Shown here one piece after another: positions 37,807-47,553 of a stretch of DNA of 53,546 bases. Location: contig MFMW01000029.1 in assembly GCA_001783595.1 (NCBI GenBank), positions 1 through 53,546 of the forward strand, in the 5' to 3' direction. A program made the position numbers and the translations under genes. Under the pieces are notes generated by a model. The model did not search any database. It saw nothing but the letters and a program-made list of their open reading frames with translations, and was not told where the DNA came from. Numbering within the stretch: position 1 is the first letter of the stretch; every line of letters begins with the position of its first letter. The stretch comes from Candidatus Kuenenbacteria bacterium RIFCSPHIGHO2_02_FULL_39_13 (GTDB taxonomy: Bacteria; Patescibacteriota; Patescibacteriia; UBA2196; GWA2-42-15).

Positions 37807-37821
37807 ATTTTTAAAAAATAT

Positions 37822-40800
37822 TTAAGATAACAAAATTTTATAGAATTTATTCTCTCCACAATTTTTTCTAATCTCTCCTGCTTTATCCATGCTAATTTTT
37901 TTAACAGGCACATTGAAATATAAAACAAAAACTAAATCATCAATATAATTTTTTAGTTTTTTCTGCTTTTCAAAGTCAATAACTGGCAATTCTTTTAATT
38001 CTGATAAAATAATTTGATCTTCTTTATATAACTTTAATTTGTTGTCTTGATACATATCTTTTATTGCCTGCCCAACAATTTTTTGGTCGCTTTTAATTTT
38101 TAATCTTATCTGCTTTTTATTTTTTTCTAAAATTAAATAACCATCTTTAACTGATACATCGTCAAATTTCTGCATCATTACTTTTGAAAAATCAGCTAAA
38201 TCACTTAATCTAATATCCTCTAACTTCAACATTTCCTCTGTTCTTTTTATAATTTCATCTTTAATAAACTGATTCCTTTCTGTAATTTTTGGCACACGAA
38301 CAAATTCTTTTATCGCTTTCACGGGTACTAAATATTCTTTTTCATTTTCATTTTTTAAATTTGTTTCTAAAAGTAAATTAGTAGCAGGAAAATTTAGTAG
38401 GGAAAACAAATATAAAATTTCTTTTTTATTGATTGAACAAATAATAGAGGCAGTTCCCATATTAAAAATAATTGGAGTATCAGTGAAATAAAACTTTTGA
38501 GGATTTTTAATACTCCAAACTATTTTATATTTTTGCTCTAATACTTCTAAACCTTGACTATTTTGAGTCAATTTAATTAACTTTTTATTTTTAGGATAAT
38601 ATTCGCTAGGAGTAAATTTTGAATAATTTTGAAAATTTTTAAAGTTCAACACGCCATAATGATCACCATCATTCTTCTTCAAAATATTTTTATTATTTAA
38701 AATAAAACCAATATCAAAATAAAATTTACTTTTAAAATTATATTCTGCGACGGCATGATTGTAATAAATTGAAATACAATCAGTGTTTTTCTTGTATGCC
38801 TCATAAAAATCTAAAAACTTTTTATCCTGTTTGATAAAATTCCAATTACTTACATTTTGTAATAATTTGTTTTGCAAGATTTTCTTTTTATTTATTTTTT
38901 TGTTCTCCAAAATATTTTTCAAGCAATCTTCAATATTATCATTAGCATCTTTATAGTGTATTATTTCTACTTGATCTCTATATAAATCAGGTGGTATTCT
39001 TCTAACCACAAAAACCAAACTTGATGTTGCAATCGGCTTATTTTGTTTAAGCCCACGCCCGACGAACATCTTGCCAGAAAAAGTAATAATTTTTTCAATG
39101 GTTGTAAATTTTGCCAAATGATAACGAAGAACATCCAAATCACCAGCAGTTAAAATCGTCTGTGGGATAATATAACACAATCTGCCGTTATCCTTTAATA
39201 AAGCCAGGCCAAGCGCAATAAAAAAAGCGTATAAATTTGGTTTGGGAGAATATTTTTTGCGATGATCTGGAATGCTGTGCAAATTTACTCCATAAATATC
39301 ATTTAATTTCATTTTGCTTTCCTTAATCCAATTAAATGACAACAAACCTTGTTTAGAACATTCATTATAAGAAACATAAGGCGGATTGCCGATTATAAAA
39401 TCAAATCTCATCCGCGGAAATTTTTGATTTCCCAAACTCTCTTTCATCTCTTTTAAATCATCTTCCTCACGCATATAACTCTCATAATCCATCTTTAATA
39501 ATTTGTCATAAAATAACTTCATCTGGCCATTGCTTTTAATATAAGCGGCTTCGATATCACTTAGTGTATATTTTAATTTTGTGTCCTGAAATTCAGCAAT
39601 ACTATCATGGGTTTGAAAAACTTTAATTTTTTTATCAATTGGATTATTGTATTTTTCATTGATAATTAAGGGCAACATTCTCATTAAGATATTCATTTCA
39701 GCCAAATATAACGGAAATTCCTCAATATCTAATCCATAGACATTATTATTTACCAATTCTTCAACTTTTTGAGATTGCTTTTCAGAACCATCTGGGACTG
39801 CTGTAATAATCTGATCAACAGCGCTGTATAAAAATGTGCCGCTACCACACGACGGATCGTTGATTGAAATATAATTGTCTTCTATTCTATTTTTTAATCT
39901 TTTTTTAATTTCTTCAGAAGTATAGCCAACCTGCTCTAACATAAAATTAACAACCGCCGGGTCAGTAAAATATTGTCCTTTTTTAGTATTTTCATACAAC
40001 GCTTTTAAATAATTTTCGTAAATATAACCAAAAATTTCATTTTTAACATTAGCAAAATTGTATTTTTTAATTAAAACAAAAATTTCTAACCAAGGCGCTA
40101 CATCATGCAACTCGTTTTCCGGTTGGTGCAGTAATTCTGATAATTTTTGGTTGATAAATTTTTGCTCTACGTTAAAAGGATGATAAATATTTTTTGAAAT
40201 ATTTTCTGAAATTCCATCAATCACGCTTAAAATACTTTTATACTGTTTTGCTTGCAAACTTTTGTAAATTGATTCCTGCCTTTGTTCAAAATCTTTCTTA
40301 AATTCGCCAAATTCATTATCAACCAATGTTTTGTAAAGAATAAATTGGATAATATAAGCATAAGAAAGTTCTACTATTTTCTTGGCTCTTTCTTTTTCTT
40401 GCATTTCCTTTAAATAACCTTCTAATTTGATTTTGTCTCTAAAAATTTCTATCTTTTCCGTAATGTCTTCAAAAAACATTGCTCTGTTATTTTCAACTCT
40501 AATAACTTCCTCAATTAATTTTTGTTGCCCTACTTTTTCAAAAAATTGCAAATAATAATGTTCTGGCAGAATATAATCTTTTTGCCAAAAGTTTGAAAAC
40601 AATTTTGGGTTGTCTAAAATTTGTTTTATTGTAAATTCTCGATAAACGGTTTCTATATAAAATCTCCATTCTTGACCATCAGTTAAAATTCCATATTTTT
40701 TATCTAAGTCTTTTTGATAAATAAACAATTGCTCTGCTCCGTTTTCAATCTTACCCAGTGCTTTTACCTCAACAGGAATAACAATTTCAGAATTAATATA

Positions 40801-41025
40801 AATTACAAAATCTGCGTGCCGTCCACCTTTAGTTTTACTCTCTTGGATAAATTCATTTTTCCGCTCTGCTGTCTTTTTTGATAAACTGCCTTCTTTTAAA
40901 TTAAAAAGTTCAGGACATTCCAAGACATCCCTAATAAATTTATGGACTCCACTGCCAACTTCCTGAGTTTGGTAATGCTTCTTTTCTTTATTCCATTTTG
41001 ATTTGAGACCTAAAATTGAGAGCAT
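37822..41025 (-). CDS. Type IIG restriction-modification enzyme (fused REase, N6-adenine MTase and TRD)
   Basis: N-terminal ADF...EVK nuclease motif and ILTDGQEW; GQYFTD, DPSCGSGTFL, GNPPY; low GC; start placed at ATG 41025. Confidence 0.9.
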   Translation of the reverse strand: MLSILGLKSKWNKEKKHYQTQEVGSGVHKFIRDVLECPELFNLKEGSLSKKTAERKNEFIQESKTKGGRHADFVIYINSEIVIPVEVKALGKIENGAEQLFIYQKDLDKKYGILTDGQEWRFYIETVYREFTIKQILDNPKLFSNFWQKDYILPEHYYLQFFEKVGQQKLIEEVIRVENNRAMFFEDITEKIEIFRDKIKLEGYLKEMQEKERAKKIVELSYAYIIQFILYKTLVDNEFGEFKKDFEQRQESIYKSLQAKQYKSILSVIDGISENISKNIYHPFNVEQKFINQKLSELLHQPENELHDVAPWLEIFVLIKKYNFANVKNEIFGYIYENYLKALYENTKKGQYFTDPAVVNFMLEQVGYTSEEIKKRLKNRIEDNYISINDPSCGSGTFLYSAVDQIITAVPDGSEKQSQKVEELVNNNVYGLDIEEFPLYLAEMNILMRMLPLIINEKYNNPIDKKIKVFQTHDSIAEFQDTKLKYTLSDIEAAYIKSNGQMKLFYDKLLKMDYESYMREEDDLKEMKESLGNQKFPRMRFDFIIGNPPYVSYNECSKQGLLSFNWIKESKMKLNDIYGVNLHSIPDHRKKYSPKPNLYAFFIALGLALLKDNGRLCYIIPQTILTAGDLDVLRYHLAKFTTIEKIITFSGKMFVGRGLKQNKPIATSSLVFVVRRIPPDLYRDQVEIIHYKDANDNIEDCLKNILENKKINKKKILQNKLLQNVSNWNFIKQDKKFLDFYEAYKKNTDCISIYYNHAVAEYNFKSKFYFDIGFILNNKNILKKNDGDHYGVLNFKNFQNYSKFTPSEYYPKNKKLIKLTQNSQGLEVLEQKYKIVWSIKNPQKFYFTDTPIIFNMGTASIICSINKKEILYLFSLLNFPATNLLLETNLKNENEKEYLVPVKAIKEFVRVPKITERNQFIKDEIIKRTEEMLKLEDIRLSDLADFSKVMMQKFDDVSVKDGYLILEKNKKQIRLKIKSDQKIVGQAIKDMYQDNKLKLYKEDQIILSELKELPVIDFEKQKKLKNYIDDLVFVLYFNVPVKKISMDKAGEIRKNCGENKFYKILLS

Positions 41026-41152
41026 ATTATTAAGTAATTCGTTTAATTTGTTTTTAATCCCCTCTTTCTTACACTTTAATCTTCCCACTTTTTAGCTTAA
41101 AAGTCAAAAAAACCTTGAATTGCGGGCGGGTGTGGTCTTCGAGGAGAAGAAT

Positions 41153-41184
41153 AAAAAAAATTTGCCATGATTAAAATCATGACA
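41153..41184 (-). terminator. Hairpin plus U-tract after mreB; contains the right copy of the 17-bp repeat (41167-41183)
   Basis: TGTCATGATT/AATCATGGCA on the minus strand followed by a T run. Confidence 0.55.
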
Positions 41185-41204
41185 TAAAAAAATCCAAATG
41201 CGAT

Positions 41205-42242
41205 TTACCTTGCCGAGGGTATTAAAATGTCCTGCAATCCTTTAAGGTCTTCAAGAATCAGGCCTGTGCCGCGAACCACGGTGGTTAATGGCTCATCAAT
41301 AATAGTTACTGGCACTCTGGTTTCTTTTTTAACCAGTTCATCAAGGCCTTTTAAAAGCGCGCCGCCGCCGGAGAGAATAATGCCGCGGCGGTAAATGTCT
41401 GCCACCAACTCTGGCGGGGTTTGTTCAATCGTGCTTTTGATGTTAGTAACAATACTTCTGATTGAGCGCATAATAGCCTCTCTGACTTCACTGTCAGTGA
41501 TTGTTATTTCTTTAGGCAAGCCATTAAGCAGATCGCGGCCGGAAACGGCCAGTTCAACTGGCTTTTCAGCAGGATAGACGGCAGCCAGTTTGATTTTGAC
41601 GCGCTCGGCCGTAATATCACCGATAAGCAGGTTAAAATTTTCTCTGATGTATTGAATGATATTTTTTGTTAAAACATCGCCAGCAATATGAATTGATTTG
41701 CTGACCACCACGCCAGAAAGAGAAATCACGGCAATTTGGGTGGTGCCGCCGCCAATGTCAACGATTAAATTGCCTGTTGATTCCTGAATGGGCATCCTGG
41801 CGCCAATGGCTGCCGCCATCGGCTCTTCAACTAAAAAGACTTCGCGCGCGCCAGCGCCCAAAGCGGCGTCTTCAACTGCCTTGCGCTCCACTTCTGTCAC
41901 ATCCAATGGGATGCCAATGACAATCCGCGGTTTAGAGCCTAAAAGCCCTAATTTTTCATTTAATATCTTTTCAATAAAATACTTTAACATTTTTTCCGTG
42001 ACTTCAAAGTCGGAAATAATGCCTTCAACTAGAGGTTTGCTAATCATAATATGGCTGGGAGTTTTACCAATCATCCGTTTGGCGTCATCGCCAATGGCAA
42101 TAATTTGGTCTGTCCGAGTATTAATAGCCACGACTGACGGTTCATTGACCATAATGCCTTTGTCTTTAACATAAATCAGGGTACTTGATGTACCCAGATC
42201 TACTCCCAAGTCTTTTCTTAAATTGGGAAAAATTTTAAACAT
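41205..42242 (-). CDS. mreB: Rod shape-determining protein MreB (copy 1)
   Basis: GVDLGTS, NEPSVVA, EEPMAAAIGA, DIGGGTT, TPPELVAD, LSGGGALL. Confidence 0.96.
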   Translation of the reverse strand: MFKIFPNLRKDLGVDLGTSSTLIYVKDKGIMVNEPSVVAINTRTDQIIAIGDDAKRMIGKTPSHIMISKPLVEGIISDFEVTEKMLKYFIEKILNEKLGLLGSKPRIVIGIPLDVTEVERKAVEDAALGAGAREVFLVEEPMAAAIGARMPIQESTGNLIVDIGGGTTQIAVISLSGVVVSKSIHIAGDVLTKNIIQYIRENFNLLIGDITAERVKIKLAAVYPAEKPVELAVSGRDLLNGLPKEITITDSEVREAIMRSIRSIVTNIKSTIEQTPPELVADIYRRGIILSGGGALLKGLDELVKKETRVPVTIIDEPLTTVVRGTGLILEDLKGLQDILIPSAR

Positions 42243-42263
42243 AAAAAAATAAAATAAGTGATT

Positions 42264-43682
42264 CTAGTATGCCTTGGCTAAATAGACCATCGTGTTTGCC
42301 TCTTGGCCACAAATAATACATTTGCCTTTCTTCTTTTTGGAAGAATCAACTCTGATGGTGGCTTTTGTGTCGTTTTTAATTTTAATTTCGCATTTAGGAT
42401 CACCACACCAGTGGACTAGAGCAAAAAAATTCTTTTCGTTAATATCTTTTTTGTATTTGTCGTAATTATTGTAGTTTTTAGTATTGTTTTCTAAAAATTC
42501 GGAATTTATTTTAAGTAAGCTAGCCTGAATATCATCAAGTGTTTTTGCAATTTTATCTTTGATTCGATTAAATTGAACTTTTTCTTTTTCACCATTATCA
42601 CGACGCACTATAATAACTTGTTTTTCTTTTTCATCTTTAGGGCCAACTTCAACTCTAAGCGGAACACCTTTCATTTCCCATTGATAAAATTTCCATCCGG
42701 GTGATTTGGTGTCATCCCAATCTATTTTGAATTCAACATCAGTCAATTGTTTAGTTATTTGGTTAATATATTTTTCAATTTTGCTTTTTTCTGCCATATC
42801 TTTCCAAATGGGAATAATAACTATTTGGATGGGTGCAATTTTGGGCGGCAAGATTAATCCCCTATCATCTCCGTGAGCCATAATTAAACCGCCAATCATC
42901 CTGGTAGAAACGCCCCAGCTGGTTGGCCAAGGTGTTTGCTCTTTACCATCTTGGTCTAAAAATTTAACATCAAAAGTTTTAGCAAAAGCTTGGCCTAAAG
43001 AATGTGAGGTGCCCATTTGCAAGGCTTTGCCATCTTTCATTATGGCTTCTACGCCAGTGGTGTAAAGAGCGCCGGCAAATTTTTCTGCGGCTGACTTTTG
43101 ACCAGCTAAAACTTGAATGGCCAAATAATCATTAATAAAATCTTTATACATCATTAACGCGTCCAGCACCATTTGGTCGGCCTCGGCTTTGGTTGTGTGC
43201 AAGGTATGACCTTCTTGCCATAAAAATTCCGTGGTGCGCAAGAATAATCTGGTGCGCATTTCCCAGCGCACGACATTGGCCCATTGATTAACTTTCAATG
43301 GTAAATCGCGATAAGAAGAAATCCATTTAGCAAAAGTGTGGTACATAATCGTTTCGGAAGTAGGGCGAATAGCCAAACGTTCTTCTAATTTTTTGCCGCC
43401 AGCGTGCGTGACCCAGGCGACTTCCGGCGCAAATCCTTCAATGTGTTCTGCTTCTTTTTTGAAATAACTCTCTGGAATAAAAAGTGGCAAATAAACATTT
43501 TCAACACCAAGCTGTTTAATTTTTTCATCCAGCGCTTTCTGAATATTTTCCCATAACGCATAACCATAAGGTTTTATAATCATACAGCCTTTGACATCCG
43601 AGTAATCTGCTAAGTCAGCCATTAAAACTACTTCGTTATACCATTTGGAAAAATCTTTGGATTGTGGAGTTAATTTAGACAT
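42264..43682 (-). CDS. proS: Proline--tRNA ligase, archaeal/eukaryote-like type
   Basis: FSKWY, IRPTSET, VVRWEMRTRLFLRTTEFLWQEGH, SWGVSTR, C-terminal AKAY. Confidence 0.97.
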   Translation of the reverse strand: MSKLTPQSKDFSKWYNEVVLMADLADYSDVKGCMIIKPYGYALWENIQKALDEKIKQLGVENVYLPLFIPESYFKKEAEHIEGFAPEVAWVTHAGGKKLEERLAIRPTSETIMYHTFAKWISSYRDLPLKVNQWANVVRWEMRTRLFLRTTEFLWQEGHTLHTTKAEADQMVLDALMMYKDFINDYLAIQVLAGQKSAAEKFAGALYTTGVEAIMKDGKALQMGTSHSLGQAFAKTFDVKFLDQDGKEQTPWPTSWGVSTRMIGGLIMAHGDDRGLILPPKIAPIQIVIIPIWKDMAEKSKIEKYINQITKQLTDVEFKIDWDDTKSPGWKFYQWEMKGVPLRVEVGPKDEKEKQVIIVRRDNGEKEKVQFNRIKDKIAKTLDDIQASLLKINSEFLENNTKNYNNYDKYKKDINEKNFFALVHWCGDPKCEIKIKNDTKATIRVDSSKKKKGKCIICGQEANTMVYLAKAY

Positions 43683-43693
43683 ATTTTTAGATT

Positions 43694-44827
43694 TTAAAAT
43701 AAATGAATCTTAATATCTCTGAATATTATAAAGACCATCAAGATAATCAGGCAGACAAAACCAATTTGGTGGATTTTTGCTTCTAAAGATTGCTTAACCG
43801 GTCGGCCTTTGAATTTTTCAATAATAAGAAACAGCAGTCGTCCGCCATCAATAGCCGGGATAGGCAGGAGATTAATAATGCCCAAATTAATGGAAAGGAG
43901 AGCGGCAAATTGGAGAATATAGATAAAGCCCAATTTAACCACTTGGCCAGTTAACACGGCAATGCCCACCGGTCCAGCCACTTCAGTTTCTACTGGCTGA
44001 CCAACAATTAAATCTCCTATTATCTTAACAAAAGCTTTTAAAATAGCAAGGGTTAAAGCCAGTGTTGTTTCCGCGCCTTTATACATTGCCTGATACCATG
44101 GATAGCGGACAATAGCGGTTTTAACCAAGCCAATGCCGATTTGGGCAGGCTGGTCTGGAAAATTTGAAACTGGAATAATTTTTTTAGTGATTTCTTGCTT
44201 GGCTCTAGAAACTGTAATGGCCATTTCTTGGTTTGAGCTGGCAGAAATTTTATCTTTAACTTCTTGAATGCCGGCTATGGGCTGACCATTGATCTTTAAA
44301 ATTATATCTCCCACTTCAATTTGAGCACTGGCGGCAGGCGAATCTTTAACAACTGAAATTATCTGGACTTTTTCAAGACTGGCATTGAGGCTTGGATCAG
44401 GCTGGTCATCAACCAAACTGGGAATACCGGCCGTAAAAGCAATTGCAAGCAGAATAAAAGCTAAAACAAAATTCATGGCCACGCCGGCAAACATTATCAC
44501 AGCTCTTTGCCAAATTTTTCGCGAACCAAAACTGTCAATGTCTTTCTCGTGTTCGCCATTCTCGCCTTTAATAGAAACAAAACCGCCAAAGGGCAGCCAA
44601 TTAACAGACCAGATTGTTTTTTTATAGTCTTCTGCTTTTGTTTTCGGCCCAACATTTTTCCATTTACCATGGTCATCTTTGACAAAACCAAAAATTCTGG
44701 GCGGCAAACCAAAGCCAAACTCTTCAGCTTTAACTTTAAACGCGCGGGCAGTGATAAAATGGCCTAGCTCATGAACAAGGATTAAAGTACCGAGGATGAC
44801 GATGAATGTGATGATGGTTATAAACAT
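43694..44827 (-). CDS. rseP: RIP metalloprotease RseP
   Basis: HELGH, PFGGFV, PDZ domain, GPVGI, NLLPIPAIDGG. Confidence 0.95.
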   Translation of the reverse strand: MFITIITFIVILGTLILVHELGHFITARAFKVKAEEFGFGLPPRIFGFVKDDHGKWKNVGPKTKAEDYKKTIWSVNWLPFGGFVSIKGENGEHEKDIDSFGSRKIWQRAVIMFAGVAMNFVLAFILLAIAFTAGIPSLVDDQPDPSLNASLEKVQIISVVKDSPAASAQIEVGDIILKINGQPIAGIQEVKDKISASSNQEMAITVSRAKQEITKKIIPVSNFPDQPAQIGIGLVKTAIVRYPWYQAMYKGAETTLALTLAILKAFVKIIGDLIVGQPVETEVAGPVGIAVLTGQVVKLGFIYILQFAALLSINLGIINLLPIPAIDGGRLLFLIIEKFKGRPVKQSLEAKIHQIGFVCLIILMVFIIFRDIKIHLF

Positions 44828-44835
44828 ATGTTATT

Positions 44836-44892
44836 CCCCCCTCCCTCACCCTCCCCCACAGCGTCCCTTGCGGGGGAGGGCTGGGGAGAGGG
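44836..44892. repeat. GC-rich REP-like hairpin between frr and rseP
   Basis: CCCTCCCCC/GGGGGAGGG inner stem with C-rich/GGGAGAGGG outer arms. Confidence 0.75.
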
Positions 44893-44900
44893 CTTATAGT

Positions 44901-45446
44901 TTAGAGTTTAATTTCCTCTTCTTTTTTCTCCCCCACTTTCTTGGCAGTTTCATTATACTGACGGGTCATTTCGTCCAAATCTTCAACCAATTTATATTTT
45001 TCATCCTCGCTTATTTCTTTATGCCTCTCCAGTTCAGTAATTTCTTCTTTAATTTTATCGCGAATGCCGCGGATGGCCATGCGGGCGTTTTCCAATTTGT
45101 CATGCAAAACCTTAACCAGTTTTTGGCGGCTTTCTTCAGTCATGGGTGAAATAATAAGGCGCAAAAAAGTGCCTTGATTGTTAACCGCAAACCCCAGACT
45201 GGCAGTTTGAATGGCGCGCTCAACATCTTTAATGATATTTCTGTCCCATGGCTCAACAGTGAGCATTTTGGGCTCTGGCGCCTGAATTGAGGCCAATTGC
45301 TTTAAGGGCATTTTTGAACCGTAAACTTCTACTATGATATTTTCCAGCAATGCCGGGGTGGCCCGATTGGTTCTGACGGAACTAATGTCAGTTTTTAAAT
45401 ATTCAATAGCGGCATCAAAATTTGTGCTGCGTTGTTTTAGGTCCAT
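44901..45446 (-). CDS. frr: Ribosome recycling factor
   Basis: VRTNRATP, YGSKMPLKQLA, PMTEESR, ISEDE. Confidence 0.96.
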   Translation of the reverse strand: MDLKQRSTNFDAAIEYLKTDISSVRTNRATPALLENIIVEVYGSKMPLKQLASIQAPEPKMLTVEPWDRNIIKDVERAIQTASLGFAVNNQGTFLRLIISPMTEESRQKLVKVLHDKLENARMAIRGIRDKIKEEITELERHKEISEDEKYKLVEDLDEMTRQYNETAKKVGEKKEEEIKL

Positions 45447-45479
45447 AAATATTTTATTAATTTTTAATAATATCCTGGC

Positions 45480-46529
45480 TTATTGTGTCACGCCAAGATA
45501 CAAAAGATTGGTGTCTGCCGGATCAACTAAAATACTTTTAACCTTGGTGCCAGCTGGAATGGGTAAAGTTTTGGTTTTCCAATTACGGCCATTGTCTACG
45601 GTATGGTAGAGAATATTGCCGATTGTATAATAAAGCTCGTCCGTTTCCTGGGGGTTGAAGCCAAGAGCATTAATATCAACGGTATTGGGCTGGGTAATTA
45701 AAGTTACTGGCTGCCAGCTCTGGCCATTATCCTGACTTTTAAGAATACCGTAAGCAGCAAGATAGATTAAATTGTTTGGCTTTTGAGTAAAGAACAGCTG
45801 TTTGAATTTATTAATGCCCGGCATTTTTTTGGCCTGCTCAAAAACCGTTTCTTGCCAGGATGCGCCCTGATCGTTGGAAATATAAAATTTATCCTGGGTG
45901 GCTACAAAAATATTACGACTATTATGCGGATCAACAAAAACCTTTTTGGCCTGCGCTTTTCCAAAAGTGGCAACAGTCTGCCAACGCTCGCCCCAATCAT
46001 CGCTCAAAAGCAAGGTAGCGTCACTGGTCAGCAGATAAACATAGCTAGTGTCAAAATAGCTGATCCCTAAACTTACAGCAGTAACATTGGCTTTGGCTTC
46101 AGTGTAAATAACCGTCCAATTTTCTCCGTTGTCAGCGGTTTTAAAAACTTTATTGCCAGAGGCAAAATAGATTATGCCGCGAGTTTTTGGATTTAAGGCA
46201 AAATCATCAAGGGGCAAACTGTTAATTTTTTTCCATGAATCAGCGCCATTTTGACTGATAAAAAAACCGTCATTGGCCGCGCGATAGATAATGTTTGAAT
46301 CAAATATGTCAAAAACAAGCTGGCGAATGTTTTGACTGGCAATGGTTGCTTCGCTTGCTTCAAGCTTATTCTCTGCCAACCATGTTTCACCTTGATCGCC
46401 TGATTTGTAAACCCCTTTTAAACCAATTACTCTATTACCGCCGCCGGGGACAAAGACCAAACTGCAGGCTGAAAAAATAAGTGTGATCATTAAGGCGCCA
46501 GTGATAAAAAATATTTTTTTGGTTTTCAT
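45480..46529 (-). CDS. Lipoprotein with BNR/Asp-box beta-propeller
   Basis: Lipobox-like FSAC; seven S/TxDxGxxW-type repeats. Confidence 0.85.
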   Translation of the reverse strand: MKTKKIFFITGALMITLIFSACSLVFVPGGGNRVIGLKGVYKSGDQGETWLAENKLEASEATIASQNIRQLVFDIFDSNIIYRAANDGFFISQNGADSWKKINSLPLDDFALNPKTRGIIYFASGNKVFKTADNGENWTVIYTEAKANVTAVSLGISYFDTSYVYLLTSDATLLLSDDWGERWQTVATFGKAQAKKVFVDPHNSRNIFVATQDKFYISNDQGASWQETVFEQAKKMPGINKFKQLFFTQKPNNLIYLAAYGILKSQDNGQSWQPVTLITQPNTVDINALGFNPQETDELYYTIGNILYHTVDNGRNWKTKTLPIPAGTKVKSILVDPADTNLLYLGVTQ

Positions 46530-46541
46530 ATTCTTTATTGT

Positions 46542-47534
46542 TCAAAATTCTAAAACTAAATTTTCCAAAGCCAGCCGCAAATTTACATTCTGCCCAAGAT
46601 AACGTTGGGTCATTTTAATTCTATTTAATAATGCGGCTAAACGTAACGAGGAATACGGGGCAGAAAAATTGGCCAGCTCTGATTTTAAATTAACATGAGT
46701 GACTTTATCAAAACAGAGATTTTTGACAAGCAAGGCATCCCGCATCAGACAAGAAATTTGCGCTAAAAATTGAGCGGCATTTTGTTGGCTTTTCTCTGAT
46801 TTAGCTTGTCCGGCTAATTTCTCAACTAAGGCAAAACGGCTGTTCAAATCAGCTGATATTTGAGATAAAAGAATTTGCTGACCGTGCTGATATTCAGCCA
46901 GCAGCTTTGAATGTCCGAGCAAAGATAAAACGCGGCCGGGGCAGCCTTGGCTTAAATGAGCCAGCTGATAAGCTTGACTTTTATCTAAACCTTTTTTAAT
47001 TAGATAGCCCTCAAGTTCTTTGAGCGGAACTGGCAAAAATTTAATAACTTGCACGCGGGAGAGAATGGTTTCAGGAATGCCTTTTAAGGTCGGGGTCAAA
47101 AAGATAAAAATTGTTTTAGCGGTTGGTTCTTCTAAAATCTTCAACAGCCCGTTGGCGGCAGCCAAGGAAAGAGTTTGGGCGTCACGGATGAAAATAATTT
47201 TGTGGGAGTTTAAAAATGTGCCGCGATGAATTTTTGCCCGCGCCTCACGCACTTGTTCAATGGTGATATTTTTTTTGCCCGGTTGGCACTCAAGATAAAT
47301 AATGTCAGGGTGAATTTGGCGGACAATCTGTCTGCAATGAGCGCAGCTATCGCAAGGACTCTGGTTTGAGCAGCAATAAATACTTTTAATAAAATATTGG
47401 GCCAGAGTATTTTTGCCCAAGCCATTTAACCCATAAAACAAATAAGCATGGCCAAGGGTGTTATTACTAATCATGGCTTGCAGATAACTAATAATTGGCT
47501 TATGGCCAATAATCTGCCAGTTGAATTTAATCAT
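46542..47534 (-). CDS. holB: DNA polymerase III delta' subunit
   Basis: HAYLFYG..GLGK, CDSCAHC, HPD, ANGLLKILEEP, TILSR. Confidence 0.92.
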   Translation of the reverse strand: MIKFNWQIIGHKPIISYLQAMISNNTLGHAYLFYGLNGLGKNTLAQYFIKSIYCCSNQSPCDSCAHCRQIVRQIHPDIIYLECQPGKKNITIEQVREARAKIHRGTFLNSHKIIFIRDAQTLSLAAANGLLKILEEPTAKTIFIFLTPTLKGIPETILSRVQVIKFLPVPLKELEGYLIKKGLDKSQAYQLAHLSQGCPGRVLSLLGHSKLLAEYQHGQQILLSQISADLNSRFALVEKLAGQAKSEKSQQNAAQFLAQISCLMRDALLVKNLCFDKVTHVNLKSELANFSAPYSSLRLAALLNRIKMTQRYLGQNVNLRLALENLVLEF

Positions 47535-47553
47535 ATATTGTATATATTATCAT

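Noticed and set aside
37424..37944. DGR template/variable repeat pair
   Set aside because: Differences are not adenine-specific (e.g. GTT/GCT, TTC/TTT) and no reverse transcriptase is present; this looks like ordinary allelic divergence.
41113..41148. tRNA fragment or att site in a GC-rich intergenic patch
   Set aside because: No cloverleaf, T-loop consensus or CCA end; only a weak CCTCGAA/TTCAAGG stem. Left unexplained.
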